NCBI GenBank assembly: GCA_028709955.1
Contig: JAQUTD010000001.1
Span: 1-44,088 of the forward strand
Length of the DNA stretch: 44,088 nucleotides
From: Bacteroidales bacterium
GTDB taxonomy: Bacteria > Bacteroidota > Bacteroidia > Bacteroidales > P3
Reading direction: 5' to 3'
Position numbers and translations under genes: made by a program. Positions 29,080-38,611 of the stretch are shown piece by piece; within the stretch, counting starts at the first letter, position 1; every line of letters starts with the position of its first letter. Below the pieces are notes generated by a model. The model had not been told where the DNA came from and did no database searches. It was given only the letters and a program-made list of their open reading frames with translations.

Positions 29080-30600
29080 ATGTTTAAAAATCATCCAAAA
29101 GGGCTGGTCTCAGCTGCTCTTGCCAATATGGGAGAACGCTTTGGGTTCTACATAATGATGGCAATCCTTCTATTATTTCTTAACAATAAATTCGGCTTCT
29201 CTGGTTCAGAGGGAGCTATTATTTATTCGATTTTTTATGCTTTAATCTATGTTTTGGCATTAGTTGGAGGACTAATCGCCGACAAAACAAAGAAGTATAA
29301 GAACACAATATTAATAGGATTACTATTAATGACAGTGGGGTATTTCCTACTTGCAATTCCAACAAAAACTCCTGTTGAAAACATGCCTTTGATATTGGCA
29401 CTTACCTGCTTTGGTTTGTTCTCAATTGCTTTTGGTAATGGTTTATTTAAAGGTAACCTTCAAGCAGTTGTTGGTCAATTGTATGACAATCCTAAGTATT
29501 CTGACAAAAGAGAAGTAGGATTTCAAATATTCTATATGTTCATTAACGTTGGTGCAATGTTTGCTCCTCTTATGGCTGTAGGCTTGAGAAACTGGTGGGT
29601 AAAAAGCAAAGGTTTTGAATTCAATGCTGACCTTCCAGGACTTTGTAATCAGTATATAAGCGGCACATTAAGCCCAGATGCTAAGGTTAGATTTGTAGAA
29701 CTTGCAGAAAAAGTTGGAGGAGATTCAGCTAATTTAGATGCATTTGCTGGCAATTATCTTAACGTTTTTATGGAAGGATATCACTATTCTTTTGGTATTG
29801 CAATCATAGCTATGTTGATTTCATTAACCATATTTATCATCAATAAGAAAAACCTTCCAGACCCTTCTGTTAAGGTTGTAAACAAATCAGATAGCACTGT
29901 TGTTGAAATGGATGCTAAAGAAGTTAAACAAAGATTATACGCTCTATTTGCAGTATTTGCAGTAGTTATTTTCTTCTGGTTCTCTTTCCACCAAAATGGA
30001 GTTACTCTTACAAAGTTTGCAAATGACTATACTCAAATGTTAAATATCAACTTAGGCTTCACCACACTTCAAGGAGCGGAGGTATTCCAGTCATTTAATC
30101 CAATATTTGTAGTATTCCTTACTCCAATTGTTATTGGTTTCTTTGGATGGTTAAAAGCTAAAGGTATAGAAATCTCAACTCCAAAGAAGATTGCAATTGG
30201 TATGGGTATTGCTGCAACTGCATTTGCTGTTATGGCATTAGGTTCAATTGGACTTCCATCATCTGAAGAAAGAATTGCAGCAGGTGGGATTCAAGATGCT
30301 GCCAGAATGACTCCTTGGTTATTGATTGGCACATATTTAATTCTAACAGTTGCCGAACTATTTATCTCACCACTAGGAATTGCCTTTGTTTCAAAGGTTG
30401 CGCCTCCAAAATATCAAGGAATTATGCAAGGAGGTTGGTTAAGTGCAACAGCTTTAGGAAACCAATTACTATTTATTGGAGTAATTTTCTATAATAGCAT
30501 TCCAATATGGGCTACATGGACAATCTTTGTTACTGCATGTTTAATTTCAATGTTCACAATGATCTTTATGCTTAAATGGCTTGAGAGAGTTGCTAAATAA
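29080..30600 (+). CDS. POT/PTR2 family proton-dependent di-/tripeptide transporter (MFS)
   Basis: The 506-aa ORF has about 14 TM segments. The N-terminal HPKGL...ERFGFYIMMAILLLFL matches the PTR2 signature, and the motif FGNGLFKGNL is present. Confidence 0.9.
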   Translation: MFKNHPKGLVSAALANMGERFGFYIMMAILLLFLNNKFGFSGSEGAIIYSIFYALIYVLALVGGLIADKTKKYKNTILIGLLLMTVGYFLLAIPTKTPVENMPLILALTCFGLFSIAFGNGLFKGNLQAVVGQLYDNPKYSDKREVGFQIFYMFINVGAMFAPLMAVGLRNWWVKSKGFEFNADLPGLCNQYISGTLSPDAKVRFVELAEKVGGDSANLDAFAGNYLNVFMEGYHYSFGIAIIAMLISLTIFIINKKNLPDPSVKVVNKSDSTVVEMDAKEVKQRLYALFAVFAVVIFFWFSFHQNGVTLTKFANDYTQMLNINLGFTTLQGAEVFQSFNPIFVVFLTPIVIGFFGWLKAKGIEISTPKKIAIGMGIAATAFAVMALGSIGLPSSEERIAAGGIQDAARMTPWLLIGTYLILTVAELFISPLGIAFVSKVAPPKYQGIMQGGWLSATALGNQLLFIGVIFYNSIPIWATWTIFVTACLISMFTMIFMLKWLERVAK

Positions 30601-30621
30601 GATATAATAAAATATCAAATT

Positions 30622-30657
30622 GAGCCCTCGAACAATGAGTTGGGGGCTCTTTTTTTT
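30622..30657 (+). terminator. Rho-independent terminator after the POT transporter gene
   Basis: A GC-rich stem (gagccc...gggctc) is followed by an 8-nt T run and lies 22 bp after the stop codon. Confidence 0.7.
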
Positions 30658-30709
30658 GACAATTGATTAAATAATTTCACAACAATAGCGTTACATATCC
30701 ATAAAATTG

Positions 30710-30717
30710 TAAATTTG
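30710..30717 (+). promoter_or_regulatory. -7 box TAAATTTG upstream of the S4-domain gene
   Basis: This is an exact match ending 22 bp before the ATG. Confidence 0.5.
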
Positions 30718-30739
30718 CACCTCCAATATATTTAGAAAA

Positions 30740-30955
30740 ATGACAACAAAATTTCCATTAAGAGAAAACAATAATTATATCCAACTAATTCAACTACTAA
30801 AAGCAGTTGGAATTGCAGAAAGTGGAGCAATAGCACAAGAAATGGTTGCATCGGGGGAAGTAAGGCTAAATGGCGAAACTGAACTTAGGAAAAGAGCCAA
30901 GTTGAGAAAGGGAGATTATGTGGAGATATGGGAAGAAAGAATAGAAATAATATAA
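30740..30955 (+). CDS. RNA-binding S4 domain protein (YbcJ-like)
   Basis: The 71-aa ORF contains IQLIQLLKAVGIAESGAIAQEMVASGEVRLNGETELRKRAKLRKGDYVEI, which resembles the small S4/YbcJ family. Confidence 0.8.
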   Translation: MTTKFPLRENNNYIQLIQLLKAVGIAESGAIAQEMVASGEVRLNGETELRKRAKLRKGDYVEIWEERIEII

Positions 30956-31000
30956 ATATTATACCAACAAAGACTAATAAAAACAAAACAAATTAGAAGT

Positions 31001-31429
31001 ATGGACTTAAGTAAGATATTATCAATATCAGGCAAACCAGGTTTGTTTAAACTTGTTTCACAAACAAAAAACGGAGCATTAATTGAATCTCTAATGGATG
31101 GCAAACGCCAACCAGCATTTGCAAAAGAAAAGATAAGTGCATTAGAAGATATTAGTATATTTACAACAAATGAAGATGTGCCTTTAGCAAAAGTCTTTCA
31201 AGAAATATATAAGAAAGAGGATGGGAAAGAATGTTTAAGCCCAAAATCAGATAATAAACAGCTCGTAAAATATATGAGAGAAATACTTCCTGATTTTGAT
31301 CAAGAGAGAGTATACACTTCTGATATGAAAAAACTTTTTACTTGGTATAATATATTAATTGAGAAGGGACTTATTGATCTTAATGAAAAAGAGGAAGAAA
31401 AAGAAATAGAAAATAATACAGAAGAATAA
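31001..31429 (+). CDS. Conserved Bacteroidota protein, DUF5606-like (family name from memory)
   Basis: The 142-aa ORF has the N-terminus LSKILSISGKPGLFKLVSQTKNGALIESLMDGKRQPAF. It has an acidic C-terminal tail and is probably co-transcribed with the S4 gene. Confidence 0.55.
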   Translation: MDLSKILSISGKPGLFKLVSQTKNGALIESLMDGKRQPAFAKEKISALEDISIFTTNEDVPLAKVFQEIYKKEDGKECLSPKSDNKQLVKYMREILPDFDQERVYTSDMKKLFTWYNILIEKGLIDLNEKEEEKEIENNTEE

Positions 31430-31454
31430 AGCAACAAATACTTTCAATATTATT

Positions 31455-31520
31455 AAAAATAGAACTTGATTATAAGAAAATAGAATCAAGTTCTATTTTT
31501 TTATAACTTGATTCTATTTT
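31455..31520. terminator. Bidirectional terminator made of two overlapping perfect hairpins (between convergent DUF5606-like gene and gldD)
   Basis: Hairpin 1 pairs 31455-31471 with 31484-31500 (17 bp) and is followed by a T run on the plus strand. Hairpin 2 pairs 31477-31492 with 31505-31520 (16 bp) and is followed by a T-rich run on the minus strand. The two hairpins share nt 31484-31492. Confidence 0.75.
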
Positions 31521-31549
31521 ATTGTAATGAGATTCTGTTTTTGATTAAT

Positions 31550-32143
31550 CTATTCTTTCCACTCAAAAGTAGATATCATATAATCCAAATCTTCAGTTAC
31601 ACGTTGAATTATTGGAGCTAATGAGTCATTATTTGGTTTTGAATCAAAATACAATGCTCCACGAAGGAAATGCCTAACACTATCAGTTACATAGAATTGA
31701 TAAGGAGAAGCAACCTTAGAACCTTTTATTTCAAAAACATATCCATAAACCTTAGCCTCTTTATTTGAATAGGCTCTTTCAATAACTCCGCTTGAAAACT
31801 TATCGTGTTCCTTTGTAAAATTATAACTATCATTTACTAAATTCACTAAGGTTGTTTTTGGAGATATATTAATGAAACTAACATATAACTTACATCCATA
31901 GTTAGGATAGCTTATATTAAACCAATTCTTATTATTAAATTTATCTTCTGTTTTCTCAATAATCCCATAGTTTGGATACTTGAAAGTAAAGGGTAAATCC
32001 AAGGTATCAAAGATTTGATAAGTTGGCACAGGGACATCTAATCGGAAATAAGTTTTAGGCTTAGGGGTAGAATTATCGCTTTTGCCACAACTAACAAGAA
32101 AAACTCCAAAAAATAAAGATATTAATATAACTATTTTTTTCAT
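31550..32143 (-). CDS. gldD: Gliding-motility lipoprotein GldD
   Basis: The ORF has a lipoprotein signal (LFFGVFLVSC). The motifs PKPKTYFRLDVP and QFYVTDSVRHFLRGALYFDSKPNNDSLAP match the GldD family as I remember it. Confidence 0.75.
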   Translation of the reverse strand: MKKIVILISLFFGVFLVSCGKSDNSTPKPKTYFRLDVPVPTYQIFDTLDLPFTFKYPNYGIIEKTEDKFNNKNWFNISYPNYGCKLYVSFINISPKTTLVNLVNDSYNFTKEHDKFSSGVIERAYSNKEAKVYGYVFEIKGSKVASPYQFYVTDSVRHFLRGALYFDSKPNNDSLAPIIQRVTEDLDYMISTFEWKE

Positions 32144-32167
32144 TTAATTTCAAATCAAAATAATTCA

Positions 32168-32971
32168 CTAGATAATAATTAGTTTTACTCTTTCTATTTT
32201 TCTATTATCTGCTTTCTCAACAATAAAAAAATAGTTTTTAAACTTAACCTTTTCTCCTTTTTTGGGTAGATGACCTGCAATTTCAATTAACATTCCAGCC
32301 AAAGTATCAGCATCACCCTTAACTTCTTCAAAAAATTTATCGTCAGGTAAACCAATAGCTTTACAAAAGTCATTTATACTTATTTTACCAGTAAACAAAT
32401 ATGATTTCTTCCCCAAACGTGTAAATAAAGAAGGTTGTAAAGAATCAAATTCATCACTAATTTCACCAACAATTTCTTCCAAAATATCTTCTAAACTAAC
32501 AATCCCTACAACACATCCAAATTCATCAACTACTATGGCCTGATGTCTTTTTTCCTCTAAGAACTCTTTCAGTAAATCATTAACATCCTTTGTTTCAGGA
32601 ACAAAAAGGGGCTCTCTAATAATTTTACTCCATTCAAATTCTTTTTTATTACATAAGTACTTAAACAAATCTTTCACATGAAGAACTCCCTTTATTTGAT
32701 CAAGCTCCTTGTCGTAGACAGGAATTCTTGAAAATCCACTTTTAGCAATCACCTCCATTACTTCATCAAAAGGAGTAGTGATTTCTAATGCTAAGATATC
32801 AACTCTTGCTGTCATAATATCAGAAACATCATTATCTAATCGAATAATTTTCTTTATCGATTCTTTTTCTGCCAATTCCTTTTCCTTATCTTCTAACTCA
32901 AGATAAAGTTTTAAATACATGTTGTAAAAAGGTTTCAATCCCTTTCTTAGTAAAATATTTTTCTTTTTCAA
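32168..32971 (-). CDS. CBS-pair + CorC_HlyC (transporter-associated) domain protein, CorC/GldE-like but without the DUF21/CNNM membrane domain
   Basis: The 267-aa ORF has a CBS region (DIMTARVDILALEI...GFSRIPVY...IKGVLHVKDL; AIVVDEFGCVVGIVSLEDILEEIVGEI) and a C-terminal CorC_HlyC-like region. It has no TM segments, and only 108 bp of non-coding DNA lies upstream. Confidence 0.8.
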   Translation of the reverse strand: MKKKNILLRKGLKPFYNMYLKLYLELEDKEKELAEKESIKKIIRLDNDVSDIMTARVDILALEITTPFDEVMEVIAKSGFSRIPVYDKELDQIKGVLHVKDLFKYLCNKKEFEWSKIIREPLFVPETKDVNDLLKEFLEEKRHQAIVVDEFGCVVGIVSLEDILEEIVGEISDEFDSLQPSLFTRLGKKSYLFTGKISINDFCKAIGLPDDKFFEEVKGDADTLAGMLIEIAGHLPKKGEKVKFKNYFFIVEKADNRKIERVKLIII

Positions 32972-33055
32972 TACCTAAATTAATTATTTGCAGTGGCAAA
33001 ATTAAACAAAAATTAGATTTAAGGTGTTATATTATATAAATATTACAAAAATTAT

Positions 33056-33063
33056 TATCTTTG
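33056..33063 (+). promoter_or_regulatory. -7 box TATCTTTG upstream of the T9SS cargo gene
   Basis: This is an exact match ending 22 bp before the ATG at 33086. Confidence 0.5.
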
Positions 33064-33085
33064 CGACTTAAATAAATGTTTGGTT

Positions 33086-35341
33086 ATGAAAAATTTATTA
33101 TTACTAATTGCATTCCTTATCCCAATTATTTGCAACTCACAAGTTGCATGCACATCACAAAATGGTCAGACGGTTGAATCCATTATTGAAAATTATTTTA
33201 TGGGAGGAGGTGTTGAAGTTTCAAATGTTAGATTTAATGGACAATTGATATCTAACTCAAATCAATTTGGGACATTCACCAATAGTGATACTACTGGAAA
33301 CAATATAAAACTAAGCAGTGGTTTGGTTATTGTTACTGGGGATATTCAAGACGCAGCAGCAGGAACATCAGCAGTTCATGGATCAACAGCCGTCCCTCCA
33401 AGTGATGATGAACAAATAGCTGTGCCACTTAGATTATTGCTTACCCAATTAGGGTTTAACCAAAGTATGAATGATATTGGATTACTCACATTTGATTTTG
33501 TCCCTCAAGGAAATGAAGTTTCATTTAAATATGTTTTTGCAAGTGACGAATATCCTGATTTTGTTAATTCTAATTTTAATGATGCTTTTGGATTTTTCGT
33601 TTCAGGACCATTCGCAGATGATGGAGTTAGCCCCATAAGTGTTCCTGGATATTTTCCTCTTTCTAATTATAACATTGCAATAATTCCTGATTCTGACCCA
33701 GAACAGCCCGTAACTATTAATACAGTAAATAGCGGCACAAATTCTGGGGCAAATTCTACAAACTCCCAATTTCATATTCAACAACCAAGTGGCTCAGCAA
33801 TTAATAAAATGAAGGGATACACTATTGCTCTTGAAACAAAGAAAATTGTGGTAGCACCTTGTTATAAATATTCTATTGCAATTTCAATTTGCGACGTTAG
33901 TGACGATAATTATAATTCTGCAGTATATCTTGGAGCTAATTCATTTAAAGCAGACGCTTTTTCTCTTGATAACACAACTCAGGGAGAAACTATTGGGGAT
34001 ACATTATTGAAAGCAAACTGTTCTTCAACTACTATTAGGGTTAAACTTAACAGGCCAGCAACCACCAGTGATTCTTATACTTTTCAAGTTGTTGGAGATA
34101 TGGTTGAGGGGATAGATTACGTTGCATTTGGAAATCAACTTACTTTTGCCGAAGGAGACTCAATAGCACAAGTAACAATTAACTTTATTTCTGACCCAAC
34201 AGATGTTCCTGGGCAAGTGAAAACAATGTATATTATTACTGAAAACACATTTGTATGTTCTCCACAAGACACAATAACAATTAAAGCAATTGTTCCTCAA
34301 GAATTTAAATTTTCATCAATTCGCAATGATACTATCTATTGTAATGATGTTTTGCCTCAAAGAGAACTATTATCTGCAGAAGCTATTAATGGGATAGGAA
34401 ATGTTACATATTTATGGACTGGTCCTGATGATATGCCAATTGGAGAAACGCCCAATTCCAATTTAAATTACGTAACAATTACCCAACCAATAACAATTAA
34501 AATTACTGTAAATGATGAATGTAATAGGCAAATCTCAGATTATGTAAATTTTTCGGTTAATACCGGTACAACTGAAGTGAGCACTGATAGGGATAAAATT
34601 TGTGAAGGAGATAGTATTATGCTTTCATGTACTAATGCTGTCACTTGCATTTGGTCTTCTATTCCTGCAGACCTCAGATTAGCACAAAATAATACATCAA
34701 TTAACCCTATTGTTATGCCTGGTTCTCTAACAACCTATTCAGTTACAATTTATGACTCACATGGCTGTGAGGCTAAAGGAGAAATCACCATTACTTCCTA
34801 CCCTGCCGTTGATGCAAATATGTCATTAAGCCCAACAAAACTAACATATACAAATTCTGAAATGCATTTTATTAATCAAACATCTAATGCATTTTCAATA
34901 CTTTGGGATTTTGGAGATGGGACAACATCAACCGAAGAAAGTGGTTATCATATTTATCCTAATGATGAGGAAGGAGATTTCCAAGTTATGCTAATTGCAT
35001 ATAATGAAGCAATGTGCCCAGACACTGCAAAAGGGAAAATTACTGTCCGTCCTGATTTTGCAATCTATTTTCCTAATGCTTTCACTCCTGGAAATGGAAA
35101 CTTAAATTCAATCTTTAGACCTTATTCATCGGTTGCTATTGAGTATGAATTATCAATATATAACCGTTGGGGTGAACAAATATTTTTCACAAATAAAAAA
35201 GGAGAAGGCTGGGACGGCAAATTGAAGGATGGGAAATATGCTCAAGACGGAACTTATGTTTGGTACATAACCTTTAAGGACGGAGATGGAAGAAATCAAA
35301 AGAAACAAGGTACTGTTGCTGTTGTAGGAAGTCCAAAATAA
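33086..35341 (+). CDS. Secreted T9SS type-B sorting domain protein with N-terminal choice-of-anchor-L domain and a PKD-like domain
   Basis: The ORF has a signal peptide and a choice-of-anchor-L pattern (YFMGGGVEVSNVRFNG...FGTFTN...SSGLVIVTG; FDFVPQGNEVSFKYVFASDEYPDFVNSNFNDAFGFFVSG). A PKD-like WDFGDGTT is present. The C-terminal FPNAFTPGNGNLNSIFRP...NRWGEQIF...WDGK...GTYVWYI matches the gliding-associated C-terminal domain. The ATG at 33086 is preferred over the TTG at 33080. Confidence 0.85.
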   Translation: MKNLLLLIAFLIPIICNSQVACTSQNGQTVESIIENYFMGGGVEVSNVRFNGQLISNSNQFGTFTNSDTTGNNIKLSSGLVIVTGDIQDAAAGTSAVHGSTAVPPSDDEQIAVPLRLLLTQLGFNQSMNDIGLLTFDFVPQGNEVSFKYVFASDEYPDFVNSNFNDAFGFFVSGPFADDGVSPISVPGYFPLSNYNIAIIPDSDPEQPVTINTVNSGTNSGANSTNSQFHIQQPSGSAINKMKGYTIALETKKIVVAPCYKYSIAISICDVSDDNYNSAVYLGANSFKADAFSLDNTTQGETIGDTLLKANCSSTTIRVKLNRPATTSDSYTFQVVGDMVEGIDYVAFGNQLTFAEGDSIAQVTINFISDPTDVPGQVKTMYIITENTFVCSPQDTITIKAIVPQEFKFSSIRNDTIYCNDVLPQRELLSAEAINGIGNVTYLWTGPDDMPIGETPNSNLNYVTITQPITIKITVNDECNRQISDYVNFSVNTGTTEVSTDRDKICEGDSIMLSCTNAVTCIWSSIPADLRLAQNNTSINPIVMPGSLTTYSVTIYDSHGCEAKGEITITSYPAVDANMSLSPTKLTYTNSEMHFINQTSNAFSILWDFGDGTTSTEESGYHIYPNDEEGDFQVMLIAYNEAMCPDTAKGKITVRPDFAIYFPNAFTPGNGNLNSIFRPYSSVAIEYELSIYNRWGEQIFFTNKKGEGWDGKLKDGKYAQDGTYVWYITFKDGDGRNQKKQGTVAVVGSPK

Positions 35342-35466
35342 AAGCAATATAGGTAGAAATCAAATCTTACTGAGATTTTAACTTTTTTGTGTTGAAAAAT
35401 ATACCAATTAATGTATATACTTACGTTATAATTGAGTAATTTTATCCCTTGAAAAATAATATTATT

Positions 35467-38400
35467 ATGAATAGAAAACTTGTAGCTCTTATACTTTTTA
35501 GCAACATATTATGTTTTAGCCTAATGGCTCAAAAGACCGAAATTATTAAAGAGCCTCAGAGAATTTTAGATGATGCAAAAGCTCTTTTTAACCAGCAAAA
35601 ATATGCTGCGGCCTATCAACTTTATGTAAATTATATTGATTTATTTAAGAATGGCAATATAACAGAACTTGCAGATGCCTATTTCTATAAAGCAACTTCA
35701 GCAGCAAACCTTGAAAATAAGGATGCAGATAATCAGATAAAAGAATTTTTAACACTTTTCCCAAATAACGTAAGAAAGAATGATGCTTACTTTATTTTAG
35801 CAAACTTCTATCAAAAACAAAATGACTTCGCAAGTTCAATAAAAACCTATAATGAAATTGAATATGGGAGTCTGTCTAAAGAACAAAAGCTTGAATTTAA
35901 TTATAAACTTGGTTATTGCCTTTTTAATATTAACAACTTTGAACAATCAAAAGGTTATTTTGCAAATGTAAAAGACACTAAAAGCAAGTATTCTTCACCT
36001 TCAACCTACTACTATGCTCATATCCTATATTCAGAAGGAAAATATGATGCAGCTTTAAAGGAATTTAAAAGTTTAAAAACCGATAGAAATTTTAAGGGTA
36101 TTTCGCCATACTATATTGCTCAAATATATTATATACAAGGCAATTACTCTGAATTAGTTAAACAATCATCTGAACTCTCCCAACTTTCAAATTCCAAACG
36201 TTCGTACGAAACAAATCGGATGTTAGGAGAAGCATACTGTAAACTTGAACGTTTTGAACAAGCAATCCCATATCTTGAGAAAGGAGTTAAGGATAATCCT
36301 GCCGCAACTCCACAAGATAATTATTTATTAGGTTACACACTCAGCAAAAGCGAAAGATACTCAGAAGCAATTCCATATCTACAAAAAGCATCCTCCAATA
36401 AAGATTCATTATCACAAAATGCACTTTACAATATTGGTTACTGCTATTTGAAAATTGGAGATAAGGTTTCTGCACGTTCTTCATTCCAAGAAGCATATTC
36501 TTTAGACTTTGATTCAGAAATTACTGAAGATGCTCTTTTCAACTTTGCAAAACTATCCTATGAACTTCCTAATCCTTTCAACGAAACTTTAAAATCTTTT
36601 CAACTATACTATGATACTTATCCAAAATCAAAAAACATAAATCAAGTTAAAGAATATTTAGCACAATTGTATGGGGCTTCAAAAAACTACCATCACGCAC
36701 TCAAATTGATAGAAGAACTTCCTTTGAGGAGTAAAACCATCAATGCAGCATATCAAAGAATTGCATTAAATAGAGGAATTGAAGTTTTTAATGAGGGCAA
36801 TTATTCTGAGGCTATAAAATTGTTTAATAAAAGTTTAGAAAATCAATTAGATAATAATCTAACAGCAGCAGCATATTTTTTGAGGGGAGAATGTTCTTAT
36901 CGTTTGGGAAACTATGAAGGCTCATTAAGAGAACTTAATTCTTTCTACAAAGTCCCAAATTCAAACAAAAGCATTTACTATCCTAAAGCTAATTATTCAA
37001 TGGCTTACAACTATTTTAAGAAAAAGAATTACGTAAAAGCCAAGGATTATTTCAACAGTTTCATTAATACGAGCTTAGGAGAACATCCACAAATTATTTC
37101 AGATGCTCATAATCGTCTTGCTGATTGCCATTTTATGGAAAGAGATTTCAATAATGCAATAAAAGAATATAATTATGTTATTAACAAAAACCTAATTGAT
37201 GTTGATTATGCAACTTATCAAAAAGGATTATGTGTTGGAGCATTAGGAAACGTTGCAAACAAGTCAAGCATTTTAGAAAAAGCTATTGCGGAATTCCCCA
37301 ACAGCTCATATAAAGCAAGTATGTTATTTGAACTTGCAAATGCATATTTAGTTCTTGAGCAAAATGAAAAGGCACTTCTGACATATACAAGAGTTGCTCA
37401 AGACCATCCTCAATCAATTCACACAAAAACAGCTATAAGTAAAATTGGTATGCTCTACTATAAACAAGGAAAAGATGATTTAGCCCTTAAAACTCTTGAT
37501 AAATTGGTAAAAAACTACCCAAAAACTGAAGAATCACAAGCTGGAATGAAGAGCATAAGAACTATTTATGTTAATCAGAATAAAATTGATGAATTCTCTG
37601 AATACATAAAAACAGTCCCAAATTCAGATTTCACAGTCAATGCTGAAGATTCTGTTACTTTTGAGGCTGCCGAAAACCTATATATGAGCGGTGATTTTCA
37701 AAAATCAATTAAAGGATTTAGAGACTACTTAACAAAATTTCCAATTGGCTATTTTTCAATAAATGCACATTTTTATCTGGCAGATTGTTTAATGAAAGAG
37801 AACAAAAAAGACAGCGCTTTAATGTCATACTTATTTATTTGTTCTGGTCAAAAAAATATGTTTACCGAAAAATCATTACTTAATGCTGCAAACATAAGTT
37901 ATGAATTAAAACAATATCAACAAGCAAATAATTTATTCAAAAAATTAAAGAAGGAAACAGAAGTAAATAATCATAAGTCTATGTCAGAAATAGGGATAAT
38001 GAGAACGGATTTTTACTTAAATGAATTTGATTCTGCCATAGTTTCTGCTCAAAAAGTCCTTTCAATTCCAAAAAATTCTACCTCAACAACTGACGAAGCT
38101 AATTTTATCATTGCAAAAAGCTATTATTCATTAGGTGATACAACAAATGCACTTAAAGAGTTCACTAAGCTAAAAAAATCAAAGAATGGGGATTATTCGG
38201 GAGAAGCTAACTATGTTTTTGCAGAAAACACTTTTAATAATAAGAAATATGATCAAACAGAAAAACTAATATTATCAATTTCAGCGAATCCAACCAGTGA
38301 ATATTGGTTAGCAAAATCAATTATTCTATTGGGAGATGTTTATGTAGAAAAAAAGAAAAATATGATTGCAAAGCAAACCTACCAAAGTATTGTTGAAAAC

Positions 38401-38577
38401 TATGATGGAGAAGAACTTGTTGGAGTTGCAAAATCGAAAATTGAATTGATTGAAAATAAGGAAAAAGCAAATAGTGAGAAAATTGATCAAAAGGCTCAAC
38501 AATCAAAACAAGAGGTTGATGAAATCATTATTAATGAAAACAACGGTAATAATAATTCAATTCCAAAGGCTAACTAA
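35467..38577 (+). CDS. Large secreted tetratricopeptide-repeat (TPR) protein, ~1036 aa
   Basis: The ORF has a signal peptide (MNRKLVALILFSNILCFSLMAQ). It contains many TPR-like units (A..Y.LG.CY...Y..A...F pattern) and a polar Q/N/K-rich C-terminal tail. The ATG at 35467 is preferred over the TTG at 35449. Confidence 0.85.
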   Translation: MNRKLVALILFSNILCFSLMAQKTEIIKEPQRILDDAKALFNQQKYAAAYQLYVNYIDLFKNGNITELADAYFYKATSAANLENKDADNQIKEFLTLFPNNVRKNDAYFILANFYQKQNDFASSIKTYNEIEYGSLSKEQKLEFNYKLGYCLFNINNFEQSKGYFANVKDTKSKYSSPSTYYYAHILYSEGKYDAALKEFKSLKTDRNFKGISPYYIAQIYYIQGNYSELVKQSSELSQLSNSKRSYETNRMLGEAYCKLERFEQAIPYLEKGVKDNPAATPQDNYLLGYTLSKSERYSEAIPYLQKASSNKDSLSQNALYNIGYCYLKIGDKVSARSSFQEAYSLDFDSEITEDALFNFAKLSYELPNPFNETLKSFQLYYDTYPKSKNINQVKEYLAQLYGASKNYHHALKLIEELPLRSKTINAAYQRIALNRGIEVFNEGNYSEAIKLFNKSLENQLDNNLTAAAYFLRGECSYRLGNYEGSLRELNSFYKVPNSNKSIYYPKANYSMAYNYFKKKNYVKAKDYFNSFINTSLGEHPQIISDAHNRLADCHFMERDFNNAIKEYNYVINKNLIDVDYATYQKGLCVGALGNVANKSSILEKAIAEFPNSSYKASMLFELANAYLVLEQNEKALLTYTRVAQDHPQSIHTKTAISKIGMLYYKQGKDDLALKTLDKLVKNYPKTEESQAGMKSIRTIYVNQNKIDEFSEYIKTVPNSDFTVNAEDSVTFEAAENLYMSGDFQKSIKGFRDYLTKFPIGYFSINAHFYLADCLMKENKKDSALMSYLFICSGQKNMFTEKSLLNAANISYELKQYQQANNLFKKLKKETEVNNHKSMSEIGIMRTDFYLNEFDSAIVSAQKVLSIPKNSTSTTDEANFIIAKSYYSLGDTTNALKEFTKLKKSKNGDYSGEANYVFAENTFNNKKYDQTEKLILSISANPTSEYWLAKSIILLGDVYVEKKKNMIAKQTYQSIVENYDGEELVGVAKSKIELIENKEKANSEKIDQKAQQSKQEVDEIIINENNGNNNSIPKAN

Positions 38578-38611
38578 ACTCAATAATATCACTTTAAATA
38601 CAATTTTGAAT

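Noticed and set aside
26815-29401. Short ORFs overlapping trpS, rsmI, ruvC and the POT gene: antisense 26815..27021, 27096..27317, 27181..27390, 27466..27699, 28703..28963 and 29219..29401, plus 27041..27226 (+, out of frame within trpS)
   Set aside because: All are embedded in confidently assigned genes, antisense or out of frame, and none has features of its own.
38450-38611. Long N-terminal extension of the beta-barrel ORF overlapping the TPR gene
   Set aside because: The extension is K/R/N-rich junk read out of frame over the 3' end of the TPR gene. The Met at 38612 gives a canonical signal peptide 34 bp after the TPR stop.
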